This document shows positions 12,593 to 26,060 of a DNA stretch of 64,000 bases, piece by piece. The stretch is from the NCBI GenBank assembly GCA_051294375.1, contig CM119266.1, positions 9,060,538 through 9,124,537 on the forward strand, written 5' to 3'. Within the stretch, counting starts at the first letter, position 1, and every line of letters begins with the position of its first letter. Under the pieces are notes generated by a model. That model was not told the origin of the DNA, ran no database searches, and saw only the letters and a list, made by a program, of their open reading frames with translations. Origin of the DNA: Paraspadella gotoi. Taxonomy: Eukaryota; Animalia; Chaetognatha. A program made the translations under genes and the position numbers.

Positions 12593-13719
12593 ATACGCAC
12601 ATCGTACATTTGCTTAAACAACAAAGGATGAAATACAGGAAACGGAAGTCTAATATGACCAAAGTGACCCGAACAATCTATTTTTCCAATTTGGCAGTTA
12701 GCGACTCGTCCGGACCCAACGCTGTCGATTAAAGTCCGTCTGGCGTGGGATGACCCAAAGAAGTGAAAGACTCGGGGTTCTGGATTTCAGTGACGCTCAT
12801 GGCTGTCAACTCCGCAGGCAAATGAATCCGAAAACTCGTCTCGTCGTTTATGCAATCGGATCAGTCCAACAGAAGTAAAAACTAAAAAAGCTGAAACGTA
12901 CAGTCAAAAAAGTTTTGGCTTGATAATTTATCGAAGTATTAAAAATGTTATCAAAACAATTTCTTTGCCATTTGAAAAATCTTATTTTTGTTATTGCTGT
13001 ATCAGTTCCCATTGCACCTTTCATTAAAGTGGTTGTTTGAACTTGGCTCTTCAAGATAGAAATCTGAGGATGCCTTTCTGAAGTGCCTTTTTTGACGATT
13101 TGTTTTCTAACCATTAGCGGTCGGCGAAAGTAAGGGTCAAAATATTTATACAAGTTCATATTTTTGAAAATAAATAAATTAATCTGTTAAATATAGGTAG
13201 ATAAAAGGTGTTCTCATTAGCAATGTTTAAAACCAAAGGTTCTCCATTTGTTATTTAGTCTTTAAAACTCTTTATGGTCAGCGTTATAATTTTAAAACGA
13301 TAAATATTTGTCTTGGTATTTCACTCCATGGTTTTAACAACTCACACTCGCAAAATTATGTTTAAGAATAAGGATAAAAATATTGGGATTGTTTTATTTG
13401 TTTTGAAAATATTTTCACCTGAGCCTTTCAAAATATTGGAATTTTTGTGAATATAAAAATTTTAAAATATTCATCTAATTGATGATAACCTGCATAGTAT
13501 CTTATGGATTTGTAGTATAAAATGTTGTCATAGTAATTTAGTTGATGACCGGTGATTTGTCAATCATATAACCTTGGTTTTCTCTCCAGCTTTAAATCTC
13601 GGTTAGCAAAATAATACAATGCATAAATATTCTTTTTTTTTTAATTTCAGTTAAATTTTTTCGTACATTCTTGGTTCATTGCTAAATAAAAAGCTCCATG
13701 TTCGAATATTTGTTTTTGA

Positions 13720-13895
13720 TTAGGGATTGTTACGGTTAAGGGTGGTTGGGTTTAAGCGGGTGTTAGGGGTTGTTAATGGGACTCTACGAGGTGAAAAAAA
13801 ATTACTCATCCTGTTCTTTTTCCTTTTTTTTATACGTCGCTCATAAGAAGCGAAAAACAACTGACTTGAAAATCCCAGTTGGTGAATGTAAAATT
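13720..13895. mobile_element. MITE-like repeat with TTAGGG-like tract
   Basis: ttaggg-rich tract ending gaaaatcccagttggtgaatgtaaaa; similar to 56180-56380 (aaaatcccggtaggcgaatgtaaaa). Confidence 0.5.
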
Positions 13896-14395
13896 TAAAA
13901 GGCCCCTATTCCCAGTTTATCAAGTACGAGTAACTGAACCATAGGAATGTTATTGCAATAACCAAGGTGTAGGACCAGGGACAATTAGGTCTTAGATGAC
14001 GACTTAGTTCCGTTCATTATTGCATTGTTTAAATTGGTTTGGCGGTATATTCACACCCCCTCACGTCCCATTGGATCAGGCGCAGTGTTCTGTCCACAGT
14101 CCTAACGACTTCCCTCTGCGTTGGAAAAGCGAGACCGTCCTAAGGTAACCGCGCCAGTGGGAGGAGGCGTCTCTGAGGGTCTAAGCCCCCAAAGCTAAGA
14201 GTAAGATGCCCCATCCCAATGGGCATCACAGCCAACCCGTCTTTTTTTCATGGGTCAGTTGATATAATTTTTTTACTAGCATCGCAGATAGAATCGGAAC
14301 TAGATTACTATTTTTTTTTTCTGGCAACACAAATTGACACAAAGATCCCTCTTACCGAACTACGGTAAAGCAACATCAGTCATCGTAGTCTACTC

Positions 14396-14460
14396 TTTTT
14401 AGTTGCGCCGCGAGTACTCGCGGAGCAACTGAGTCACTTTTCTGTCAGTCTGTCCCACAA
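14396..14460 (-). mobile_element. Helentron/HINE-like element end (GC-rich terminal hairpin plus GACA-type microsatellite)
   Basis: ttttagttgcgccgcgagtactcgcggagcaac hairpin; reverse-complement copies at ~41595-41627 and ~63746-63780. Confidence 0.55.
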
Positions 14461-15964
14461 AAATTGTTAGAATTGCTAATAGATAGTTGCTCATTTGTTA
14501 AGACAGAAAAAACCTCAATTCTAATGGACTACTAGCGCTACCTTCAGGAAATACTTAACTATACAGAAAAAAACTAAATTCCAATGCAGTGCAGGTGATA
14601 AATACACGGGTTAAGAAAGTTATTTTAGTTAATACTTGGAAGACTGGTAAGTCATTAATGACATTATTAAATGGTTTTGTAGATGTGTTTCACATGACTA
14701 CGCGAATCTACGGTCACGTGATCACAAAGTAAATGCGGCATATTTCGTATAATGTCTGGTTGTTTGAAATGAAACTTTGCACACTAGTGAGAAACCATAA
14801 GACGTTTGTTATACATAATTGTCATAGTCATGTGATCACAGGGAAATACACGTGAAAAGAAAGTCACTGTGGCACAACATATTGGATGGAACGATCTTGC
14901 TATATTGTTTAAAAAACATTTATTCGGATGAAAAGCAGAGAAAGAAAAATATCTTTGTCATCGACTTCGAATTCGAAAGTAATTAATAATTTTTAACCTC
15001 GTTATTTTACTTAATATTTATCCTTTTTCTTCTTCTTCCCCGCTCGCTGTCTTTTTGATTTATGTCATTATTTGTAAATATATATCTCCTTTTTCTTCAA
15101 CTCTCATTTCGTTGTACATTCGCTCTTTTTTTCTCACTCTCTCCTCTCTTTTAAGTGACTTAAGGCAATGATTTAGAAAAATAACAATTCACCGTTCTTT
15201 CTTTATGTATTTTTACGATTCAATAACCTGATTGAAAATCCTTATATCTCGGTATAAAAAAAAAATCGCTAAAAACCGCCAAGTACCTATGATCTACGGA
15301 CATGTTCCCAGTGAATAAAAGTACTGAATATTCCCGGTCAGTTTAAACCTGTTTAAACGAGTAATTGATAGAATGGAAAAGTTTTCTACTTTTGCTAGTT
15401 AATTTATATAGAAAATAAAAATAATTCCTGCGAGAGAGCTCTTCATTGGAAAAATTCATAACTACTCGAAAAATAATAATTGCTTAATTTCGTATTAATA
15501 CAAGATTAATGAGACATAATACTAATAATTAAATAAAATTTTAACTCTCCATTTGAGTAAACTGAATTAAACGAGCACTTTGAAATCAAAAAACAACTTT
15601 TTATGAATTTGGAAAGAAAATTTTAGTGGGGTAGTGGCAAGAAAATCCCTAGTGCCATCACCAAACCTTTGTCAAAGTCATCGTTTCTGGAGTAGGTTAT
15701 AGTACAGTAGAAGGGCTTTCCATCGCCATATCATGATAAGAAATTATCACAAGTGTAAAGGAACTATATTATGATAAAAAATATTTTTTCTAGATTAGGA
15801 TATGTCATAGATAGGTTAGCTGATAGGAAAGATAGGTTGGGAAATCTTACTACTATTATTCGGATATAACTCGGGGAGACTATCTATTTCATATATATTC
15901 TGCAAAATTCGACTTTTAAGAAAGTCACTTTCAAACTTAAAACAGGGTCTTGAACCAGAGTGCG

Positions 15965-16590
15965 TGACTCCTCGAAAAAAAAAAGGAGCGTCAAAACTGA
16001 ACAATCAGCAATGATTGAATGATGACAAAAAAACAGGTTCATTAATGGAAAGGACGATGAATGTTCATCATGACGGACGACCTGACGATCAACAAAAAAG
16101 ATAAGTGGAAAATTAGTTAGTGACGATGGGCGGCGGCGGCGGCGCGGCGTGTGGCGTTTACATTGCCGAGAGAGACTTGTTTCAGAGAGATCACGTGGAA
16201 CGGATTATTCAATTTCCCGTTTTCGTCTCTTTATTTCTTTGTTCTCTTCCTCCGTCTGCTCTTCATCTTCCTCCTCCTCCTTTTTTTTCCTCCACACACC
16301 ACTTCTGGTCAAGCGACGTTTGTGACGCACGCCGCCGCTGCCGCCGCCGCTGCCGACGCCGCAGCTAGCCATCGTATTTTTTTTTCATATTCCCTTCGAT
16401 TACTCCATTGTCGTCGATTCCACGCGACGCAGCGCCGCATCGCCGCCGACGCAGCGCAGCATCTCCGACGCGCAGAGCCGCATCTCTCCCGCGCAAGGTC
16501 CAATTTCGCCGACGCCCACGCCAAATGTCCAAATGCAGCCCCGACGTCCAAGACCCTGAATCTGAAAAAAAGATTCCATTTACGATTTCC
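15965..16590 (+). repeat. Copy 2 of the ~600-bp direct duplication
   Basis: Collinear with 4897-5511; differs mainly by small indels. Confidence 0.85.
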
Positions 16591-19467
16591 GTGAATATAC
16601 CTCGTAGCTTAGTGTATAAAAAAAAAATGAAATATATTTTGACCACCATTGATTTTTGTTAACAAGAAATTATAGAAACAGTTCGTATTATACTGGCGAG
16701 CATACAAAAAAGATGATTGCATAATTTCAGAATTTCATAAATTTGACAATGGAACCTTAGCAAAAATCACGGATCTTAGGTATATGCTATATATATTTAC
16801 TGTTGAAAAGTAGAGACTAATGTTTTGAGCTCTGAAATACAACTCCTCAACCCTGAAATAAAACCCTAACCAATCTAGAAAATCTCCTGAAACCCCTTGA
16901 AACCCCCTGAAACCCCCTGAAACCTCGAAACGCCCTAAAACCCTAAGGGTCGAAACGAAAATTTTGATGTCGGTTGGAAATTCGGACTTAATTGAGGGCT
17001 TCCCCACCGACATCTTCGTGGGCGGTTAAGGGGATGCTGGGTTGGAGTGTGGATTAGGGAAGTTGTGGAAAAAGAAGGGGTTTGTGTGGTGTGGAGAAAG
17101 GGATTGTTGAAGGGGGAGGGGATTGTGTAAAAGGAAAAAGGGTTAGGATGTGGATAGGGATTTGATAGAAGAAAGGTGGGTAGAGGATTAGGGGAAAGTG
17201 GAAAGGGGTTTTAGTAAGTTCAAAGGAGGAAAAAAAAGCTGAGGAGAGAAAAAATTAAATGAAAGAAAAGAATGGGAGCGAAAATAAACAATTTTCTGCG
17301 TCGTCGTCGTCGTGTCGTCGTCGGGTTGGTTTTTTTGAACTCAATGCGCCCCCGCTTTGTTCTCGGCTATTAAGAAAAAAGATACATATTATGATTCATG
17401 ATATCCTTGTCCCATTTCATTTCGTAATCGGTCCACTCTAAATTTCCTTTAAAAATTTTTCCCATTATAAATCGAAATTTTGGTAAAAAAAATACTGCTT
17501 TTGTATACTCAATATGAGCTTAATAACTAATCTACTACTAAATTTATTTGTGGCATCGGAATATCTCTTCCTTACAAATTTAATCTAGTAAATTTTTAAA
17601 TGTTTTTTATATTCTTTTTCGTATTAATTTATTAATTTCTGTCTTGTATTTCGATCCTTCCGCCAGTAAAGATCATCATCCTTATATCTTTGATGCGATC
17701 TCATCCGCGACCAACTTCGCCTTTGTTGATAGATTCATCTCCCTTGCACCTTACACCGGCGCCTCGTTGCCCTCCTCCTTATATCCTCCTCCATTTTTCC
17801 ATCGGAGCAAAATCGCCGCGAGATGGCGATTTGATGGGGAAACCGATGGCGAGGGCCTGGCGGACACGCCCACTCGCTCCGTCGCGGATCCCTGGGTTGG
17901 GGGGGGATGGGAGGGGGCGTGGGGCGTTGGTCGAAGTGTGAAAAGCATAAGATGGAGAAGATGGCGGAAGCTGTCTCTCCTTTTGAACGTGGCCAAGGGG
18001 CTGGGAATTAGGAGAGTGGAAAGAAAGAGGAAGAAAGAAGACAGACAGAAAAAAGAAAACTAAGAGAGAAAAAAAAACACAAAACAATAAAAAAAAAGAA
18101 AAAACAACAAAAAACAAAACAAAAACTCCGGAAGTAATAATCTAATCTCGTCTCAATTAGATCGCGGGTTTTTTTCCTCTTCCTCTTTCCTCCTCCGCCT
18201 CATATCACATGTTGAGAGGCGACATTGAGAGCCGACGTTCAAATCTCTGCCTCGAATACAAACCACGCTCGAAGTCTCCGATTCCTTTTTTTTTTCTCTT
18301 TTCTTTCCTTTTTTCCCCTTTTTTTTTCTTCTCTTTTCGCCATTTCGGGGCTTTCTAATAGCCGTTTTCAAATATTTTTTCCTTTTTTTAAACTTTTGGT
18401 TTAACATCTTATTTCTCTATTCTTCTCTTCTCTTCTTTTCTCACTTCTCTTCTTCTCTCTTCTTTCTCTTTCATTTTATTTTCTTCTCCTTTATACTCTT
18501 TCCCTTTTTTCTCTTTTCTCTCAACTTTCTTCCCCTTCATTTTAATTGAGTTACCTTTTTGGATAGAACCGGAACTAGGCCTCCACTTTAACTTGGCCCC
18601 TCTTCGCTTACATGGCAACAACTTTCTACTTGCTCAATTGATCTCTCATCACTAACCAACTATTCATTCTCGCCAATTGTCAATGTCCGCTTATTAGTTA
18701 ATCGCACAGGGCACAACACCACTTTTCTTTAGTCCTTCATATGCGTGCTTCCTGCATTCACCTTGTCCTCTCTTATCAGCAACGCCACTCACACTACGCC
18801 ATTCATAACGCGCGGTCACCACTCGAAAACTCAAGTCGCGTCTCGAGAGTCACTTTATTCATTTCAAGGCGCCAGTCTAAACGCGAAGAGATCACGCCAC
18901 TGACCTCGGCCACTGACCTCGCCAGGGTGACCATTGGTCATGTACATGTCAGTGGCCAGTAATTTCCGAATCTGGCTTCGAAAAAAATCACCCAAAAAAC
19001 TCGAGGAGAAATTCTTTTTAAAAAATGAATATTGAATTAATTCATGAAAGCGTGCATGAATATTGAGTATGTGTACGAAAAATAAATGCTTCTGTGACAT
19101 AATATTTTTCTATTATTTATTATTTAATTTAAATTATTATATTCGTGGAAAAGCGTATATTTGTTACGAATAAGCTTCTTGACATAATATTTCTTTATTT
19201 AATTTGTCAAAAATATAAAATGCTAAAAAGGAAACTTTTCACAACTTCAATTTAATTATTTTCCCTTCACTTTTGGCAAAACCACCGAAAAGTAATAAAG
19301 GCGAAAAAAAGTATCGGAAAAAAGACCAACCAAAAGGAAATTGGGGGATGTAAACGAAAAAGCGAGAGAATTTGGGGATGTAACTGAAAAAATCAAGGAA
19401 GAAAAGAAAGAGAAATAGAGGAAGGAAATGAGAAGAGAGAGAGAGAGAGAGAGAGGAGAGAAGAGAG

Positions 19468-19528
<61 letters not shown>

Positions 19529-21680
19529 AGAGAGAAGTCATACAGTCAAAAAGAGAAATTGAAATCTCTTGTACAAAGAAGAATAAAAGAGAGGCGGCTG
19601 AAGCGGCTGTCCGATGGGGCGAAAGAAGGAAAAATACAAAAAGAAAAAAAAGAAAGAAAGAAAAAGAGAGAGAAAATGGTTAAGAGAGTAGAAGGAAATG
19701 ATGTAACAGTTGTGGGAGTAAAAATAATGAATGGAAATATTGTAAAGAAGGGAAAATGTGAAATTTAAATTCCGAAAAGAATTGTTAGGGCTCGTTAAGG
19801 TTAGGATGGAATCCAATATAAACAACAAACCAAAGGTAATATACAACGAGAAATCCAAGAAAGGGAGATAGAGAAAAATTAGTTGCTTATAAAAAGTAAA
19901 GAGAGAGTGAGATAACAAAAAACAGAAAAACAATAAGAAAAAACAAAAGAACAAAGGTAGAGAGAAAGAAAAGCAGGATGTTTAACGAAGACGAATAAAA
20001 AAAAATGAAAAGAAAAAGGAAAAGGAGTAAGGCCGCTAAGAAGGAACTCGAAGAGGGGGGCGGCTGGGGGGGGAGGCAGCTTCCTTATAGGCCGAACGAA
20101 GAGAAATCGAATCTCCCGGGTTCTTTTCTTTTTTTTTTCCCTTTTTTTTTTTTTTTTTTTTCTTTTTTCTTTCTTTCTTTTTTCCCCATTTTTTCCTCTT
20201 CTCCGCCGGGCGACGTAATGAAGATTGAAGCGGCATTTAGCCAGTTTCTATGGCGAATCGTAGATGTCGCTTTCGTTCCTAACTCTCCCCCCCGCACCTC
20301 TTTCTTTTCGTCCGCCCCCCTCTCCGCTCGAAATTCAATTATCGGAAATTAATCACAGACGGGAGGAAATATATAAGGGGCCGCGTTTTTAGTATTTAAA
20401 GCGATAATAATATTTGCAAACGTTAGAACGTTATTGAACCTCGTTAAAGTCTTTTGTTTATTATAACTTCTGAGCGGAGTAATAACTATTATATAACGAA
20501 TATTTGCGATATATAACCTAATATAAAAATTAAATTAATGGATCAAGAAGGAATTAGGAAGCAAAAAAAAAAGGTCAATTCCGAACTCGAGAATCTGGAA
20601 ATCAAGGTCGACGTCAGCCCTAATACGAACACCGGATGTTCAAGGTCGACGTCAGCCCTAATACCGACCCCGGATGTGCAGCTCGAGTTTTCGGGGAGTT
20701 TCGTCCGTTTTTTCCTGCCTGTTTTGTCTCTGTTTTGTATGTTTTCGTTTTATTTATGCTTCCTTATTGTTTTTTTTTCTTTTTTATTATCTCTTTAACG
20801 CATGCATAATTCGGCATGAATATTGCATATGCTGAAGTATGATTCGACATTAGTTATAATTTCGTTATCCTTAATTGTTAAAGAGACATCTCATGCCACA
20901 GTATTTTGTAATAACAAATTCGTCGTGGATTTACAAGTGCATTTCATTAATATTTTTTTTGCTAAATATTTATACAATATACATAAATACTCTGGACTGT
21001 CTTTGAAAAAAAATGATTCGAATTCTTAGGCAGTGATTTTTTGCTTGGTATTTTCAAATAATTGAAATTGGAACTTAAAATTAACTATTTATTCTTTTTT
21101 CCCCACTGATAATATGAAACCACTCTTTATTTAAAAAAACGGTTGTGGCAATAAGTTTATCTTTCCTTATAAAACATAAAACTCCTCAACTGTGGTTAAT
21201 TTTCTATTGCTTTCCAAAATACGGTAAAGAACATTATTTTTTTTCACGTCAATCATTCCAATTATGGTATGCAAGCCTTAATTAGAAAGAAACTAAAAAC
21301 GATTTTTCATGGGTAAGAACAACTTTTAAAGATAAAATTTTGTTCTAAAAGAACTGTTTGCGTTTTTTTAAATATACTACTTACTTTGGGCAAAAAATCG
21401 GCACCAACTATGTTTATGGAAACTTTTTTCTTGTTTTTCATTTCTTTTCTAATTTCTTTCTTTTCCGAAACTTTTTGGCTCTGACTCTCTTCTTTTCCTT
21501 TTCTTCTCCTGTGTTAAGTATTTTGATGCCTTCATCGCCCCCATAATAAGCGTTTAAATTTTATTTTATTTTCGACATAGTAAACTTCTGTCGGCTTTCA
21601 AGCTGTCCTCACCTCTTCAATACTATCCATTACTCAATTGCTTGGTTGGACGACGCTTCTCTCTCTCTCATCTCTCTCCT

Positions 21681-21719
<39 letters not shown>

Positions 21720-23001
21720 TCATCATATGTTTTGACCAAAAAATTTCTTCTAATAAAATTCACACTGTGCTGAAAGAAGGAACTCGAATAAAGAATCGAA
21801 ACATGGTCCGTTTCCAAAAATAAAAGGTTCGTTGTTTTGTAAACCAAAAAATTAAAACTTTTTCTCTCTTAATTTTATTTCGCGAAAAACTTGTCCGGTA
21901 GCGTATTAGATTTTATTCAAAGTTGTTTGCCAAGCCAGATAAAAAATCGGACAGTTTTTGGCGGAAATATTTTTCCCGCAAAAAGCTTGTCGATTGAGTA
22001 GAAATAATTTGGCTTGACGCTTCCCTTTCAATAAAAAGAAGGCGGTTTTTTTTAATATTGTCAACCTTAGTATGTTTATCATCTTGTTAAAACTATAAAA
22101 TGGAGTAAAACCGTGTTTTAGTTTCAAATAAAAAACGCACCTCCCACAAATCCTCACAAATTAAAAAGTTGACCTTAAAAAATTTTTTTTGCAGCAAAAA
22201 AGTATTAAATATTTTGCTTCTACTATTTTTAGGTACCAAGAAAGCATCCGTTCATTAGGGGAAATATTTTATTTAGAATTGTGAACATTTTAAAGTATTT
22301 TTTGTTTAACAAATTGATAAATAAAATGTAAAAAAATGTGGTTTTTTTGAACCAGTTTCAATTTGAAAAAATTAATTCATAGTTAAACTAATAAATAACC
22401 AACTGAAAATGAAACCAACTCAGAGTAAAAGAAGATAAGAAGGTACCCGAAGCCCGGAGTAAAAAAATTTTTCTTTCAATGATCTTTGGGCATTGCAAAT
22501 TCCTCAAAGACAAAGTGAAAATGGACAAAAATGGACATAATTTTTTTTATTAAATAGTAAGCAAAAATGAATATTTATTTCTTGATTAGAAAAATGCAGC
22601 AAATGATTTCAATTAAATCGCGTAATCGAGCTCACTTTGTCTTAGGATTCAAAATTAATTCAATTTTGAAAGATAATATTCCTTAGCAATATTGCAAAAA
22701 NNNNNNNNNNNNNNNNNNNNNNNNNCCCCCCTCAAACCTGCTCCACTCTTCCTCTTTCTCTTCCTCCTCGGAACCGAACCGCCCCTCAGGACGGCGTCTT
22801 CAGCGGCGTAAGCAGCCGCGTAAGCAGCGGCGGTGGCGCCACTGCTGGCGGCGTTATGAAATCCGAGTTGGCGCCGTCTGAAAAAATTAAGACGACTCGA
22901 CGGTGAAGGAAGGAAAAGAAGAGAGAGAAAAGCTTAATGGGGAAATCAATTCGGAGACTGAGAAAGGCGCGTGAACTATCTCCTGGAGAGAGAGAGAGAA
23001 A

Positions 23002-23084
<83 letters not shown>

Positions 23085-23269
23085 GAGAAAAGAGAGAGAG
23101 AGAGTGAGAGAGAGAGAGAGAGTGACTAAATTTTTTAGGGCGGAGATCGAAACAAGACGACGACGACGACCGACCGGGACACGACGACGACGACGAAGAC
23201 AAGAACCGATAAATTGAAGAGACGTTTAGTGTCTCACGGGTGAACTCTCTCTGTCTCTCTGTCTCTCTC

Positions 23270-23360
<91 letters not shown>

Positions 23361-23675
23361 TTTACCGTTATTCCATTGAACGTCCCGGCGCCAAAGTCTC
23401 TCTCCGCGACGCCGGTTCCGCGACGTTGGCCGATCGGCGCCGATATTTCGCCGGCCTGACGCGACAGCCAATCGGAGAACATTTCTTGAGAGGGTTCGTG
23501 TTCGAGTCTGGGGCATCAGTTATCATTATTACGATAATTGCTGTTAATAATAATAATTAAATATATCATCACGGAAATAGGCCTATAGGCCGATCAGTGT
23601 GTCTACGTCTACGATATAATCTATAACGAATAACATTAATAACACTTATTTATTGAGACGCTCCTAGAAGTCAAC

Positions 23676-24435
23676 CTCCATCAAACCCTTAATTAGAAAA
23701 ACTCCATCAAACCCTTAATTAGCAAACTCCATCAAACCCTTAATTAGCAAACTCCATCAAACCCTTAATTAGCAAAACTCCATCAACTCTTAATTAGCAA
23801 ACCTCCATCAAACCCTTAATTAGCAAAACTCATCAAACCCTCAATTAGCAAAACTCCATCAAACCTTATTAGCAAAATCCATCAAACTCTTAATTAGCAA
23901 ACCTCCATCAAACCTTAATTAGCAAACTCCTTCAAAGATCAAACCCTTAATTAGCAAAACACCATCAAACCCTTAATTAGCAAAACTCCATCAAACCCTT
24001 AATTAGAAAAACTCCATCAAACCTTAATTAGCAAAACCCATCAAACCCTTAATTAGCAAACTCCATCAAACTCTTAATTAGCAAACCTCCATCAACCCTT
24101 AATTAGCAAAACTCCATCAAACCCTCAATTAGCAAAACTCCATCAACCCTTAATTAGCAAAACTCATCAAACTCTTAATTAGCAAACCTCCATCAAATCC
24201 TTAATTAGCAAAACTCCATCAAACCATTAATTAGCAAAACTCCATCAAACCCTTAATTAGCAAAACTCCATCAAACTCTTAATTAGCAAACCTCCATCAA
24301 ACCTTAATTAGCAAAACTCCTTCAAAGATCAACCCTTAATTAGCAAAACACCATCAAACCTAATTAGCAAAACTCCATCAAACCCTTAATTAGCAAAACT
24401 CCAATCAAACCATAATTAGCAAAACTCCATCAAAC
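23676..24435. repeat. Satellite/minisatellite, ~25-bp unit (aaactccatcaaacccttaattagc), ~30 copies
   Basis: Head-to-tail copies without unique spacers. Confidence 0.95.
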
Positions 24436-26060
24436 CACCAACAAATCCCGATGTCTCCCGCAAATCCTGATCCTCAAATCTTCCTCGATCCTACTCCAAG
24501 CCGTCGACGGCTTCGAAGACCCTCCTCGCTTCGTCTCGACCAATCGGACGTCTCGCTCTCCGGCCAACCACGCTTCCTCCTGCTCCGCCGCGTCCGCGGC
24601 GGCCGTTCCAATTCTCGACGCCCTCGTCAACTTCTCCAGCTCCGGATTGGGGGCGTTCAATCTCTCAATCGCCGATTGCCTCTCCGCCTCTTTCGCCGCC
24701 GCCTCAGCCGCTTCCTGCTCCGCCGCCAGAGCCGCCGCCTCCGCGCCTCTCTCTCGCCTTTAAGCGCCTCCGCCGAGGCTTCTGCGTCGCCCGCTCCACG
24801 GCCTGCCGAGCGCCCAGTCTGGAGATGGGAAGAAAGAGAGAGTGAGAGAGAGTGAGAGTGAGATATTCTTACAGGTTGGTCCCTATTTTCACTTCCTAGA
24901 AGACCCCACCTGGCTTCTTGCTGCACGGCTCGCTGCGCATTCCTCAGCGCAGCCCGGACAGCTCCAACTTTGACGCTTTCTCTGCAGCAACCCTTTCCCT
25001 CTCCCGCTGCTCCGCGGCGACGACCGCCTCCGCGCCTGCTGCGCTGCTGCTCGGCCACCATCTGCGAAACTCTAGGAAATTGTCCCGGACGCTGCACGGC
25101 TTCGTAGGCTCGCACTGCCGATTGCGCTCCTGCTGCAGCGCCGACTGCAGCTTTTCGAACTGCTGCTGCTCCAGCATCGTCGTCTGCTGCGGCGGAGATT
25201 GCGGTACAGACTCCGCAGCTTGAGTAGTTTCCCTCGCTGAAGGGAAAAAGGAACGGAACAACCCCAAAATCCAATTGCAATCATCTCTGCCCATACCTTT
25301 GGCTTGGAGGCGACGGGCTGTTTCGTCTCGAAGATTCCTTGAAGGATTCGGTCGACGACGACGATGTCTTCGCCGTCATCTCGTGTCGTTTGATCAGATC
25401 CGACATCAGCACCGCCTTCAGTTCTACGGGATCTGGGTTCCATTTTTAAAAAGATTAATGGGAGTCTATCAGTAGGGATAAAGTCTCTATGGTTGGTGAC
25501 CCGAACCTCTTCATCTTCATTCTCAATATCATTACTATGACTGCCAAAAAAGTAATATGATATTATGATCATAGTTATAAACGTTTTCGTCATCATTATC
25601 ACAATCATCATCATAATATCATCATTACGATCATAATCTTATTATCATCTTCATTATCATCATATCATAATCAAAGTCATCATCATTATCATCATCATTG
25701 ATTCATTATCATCATATTCACAGTCTTCATCATCATCAAATCATCATCATCATCATCTTCATCATCATCACCATCCCTCACTCATCGTCTCTCTATGTTT
25801 GTCGCAGACTCTCGTCCTTGCAGCTTCACGAAGGCAGCGGCGTTGTTGTTGTCGGCGTTGTCGTCGTTGTTGTTGTTGTCGGCGTTGGAGCTGAAAGAGG
25901 CTCGACGAATTCGCCTCGGCTCCAACTCCCGGAGCTGCTGATGCCGCAGCCGCTTCAGCAGCTGACCCTCCGGCGTCTCGGCCTGCTGGAGTTCCTCCTG
26001 ACGCAGCTGTTTCCATCTTGAGCCGCTTCTCCATCAGGTGCTCGCGAGAAATCGCTAGAG
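24430..26060 (-). pseudogene. Multi-exon coiled-coil protein gene with frameshifts (likely consensus errors, possibly a pseudogene)
   Basis: GC-rich exon-like blocks, some with clear AG/GT ends (~25297-25432, ~24911-25235, ~24430-24818, ~25770-26056), encoding E/Q/R/A-rich helical peptides such as EHLMEKRLKME..EELQQAE and MLEQQQFEKLQSALQQERNR; reading frame switches within blocks. Confidence 0.45.

Noticed and set aside
12600-13600. Convergent RAG2-like gene
   Set aside because: Only short ORFs (e.g. 12848-13159) with no kelch GG repeats or PHD cysteines; a highly fragmented gene cannot be fully excluded
14865-14871. CACTGTG (RSS heptamer, reverse complement) downstream of the RAG1-like gene as a right TIR
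   Set aside because: It lies inside a dispersed repeat also present at 63480-63545 (there with a variant heptamer), and no matching left end was found
22726-22885. Possible minus-strand exon (Ala/Tyr-rich peptide after ttttcag)
   Set aside because: Truncated by a gap, no recognisable domain and no linked exons
23676-24435. CRISPR-like array
   Set aside because: Head-to-tail repeats without unique spacers, no cas genes, eukaryotic context
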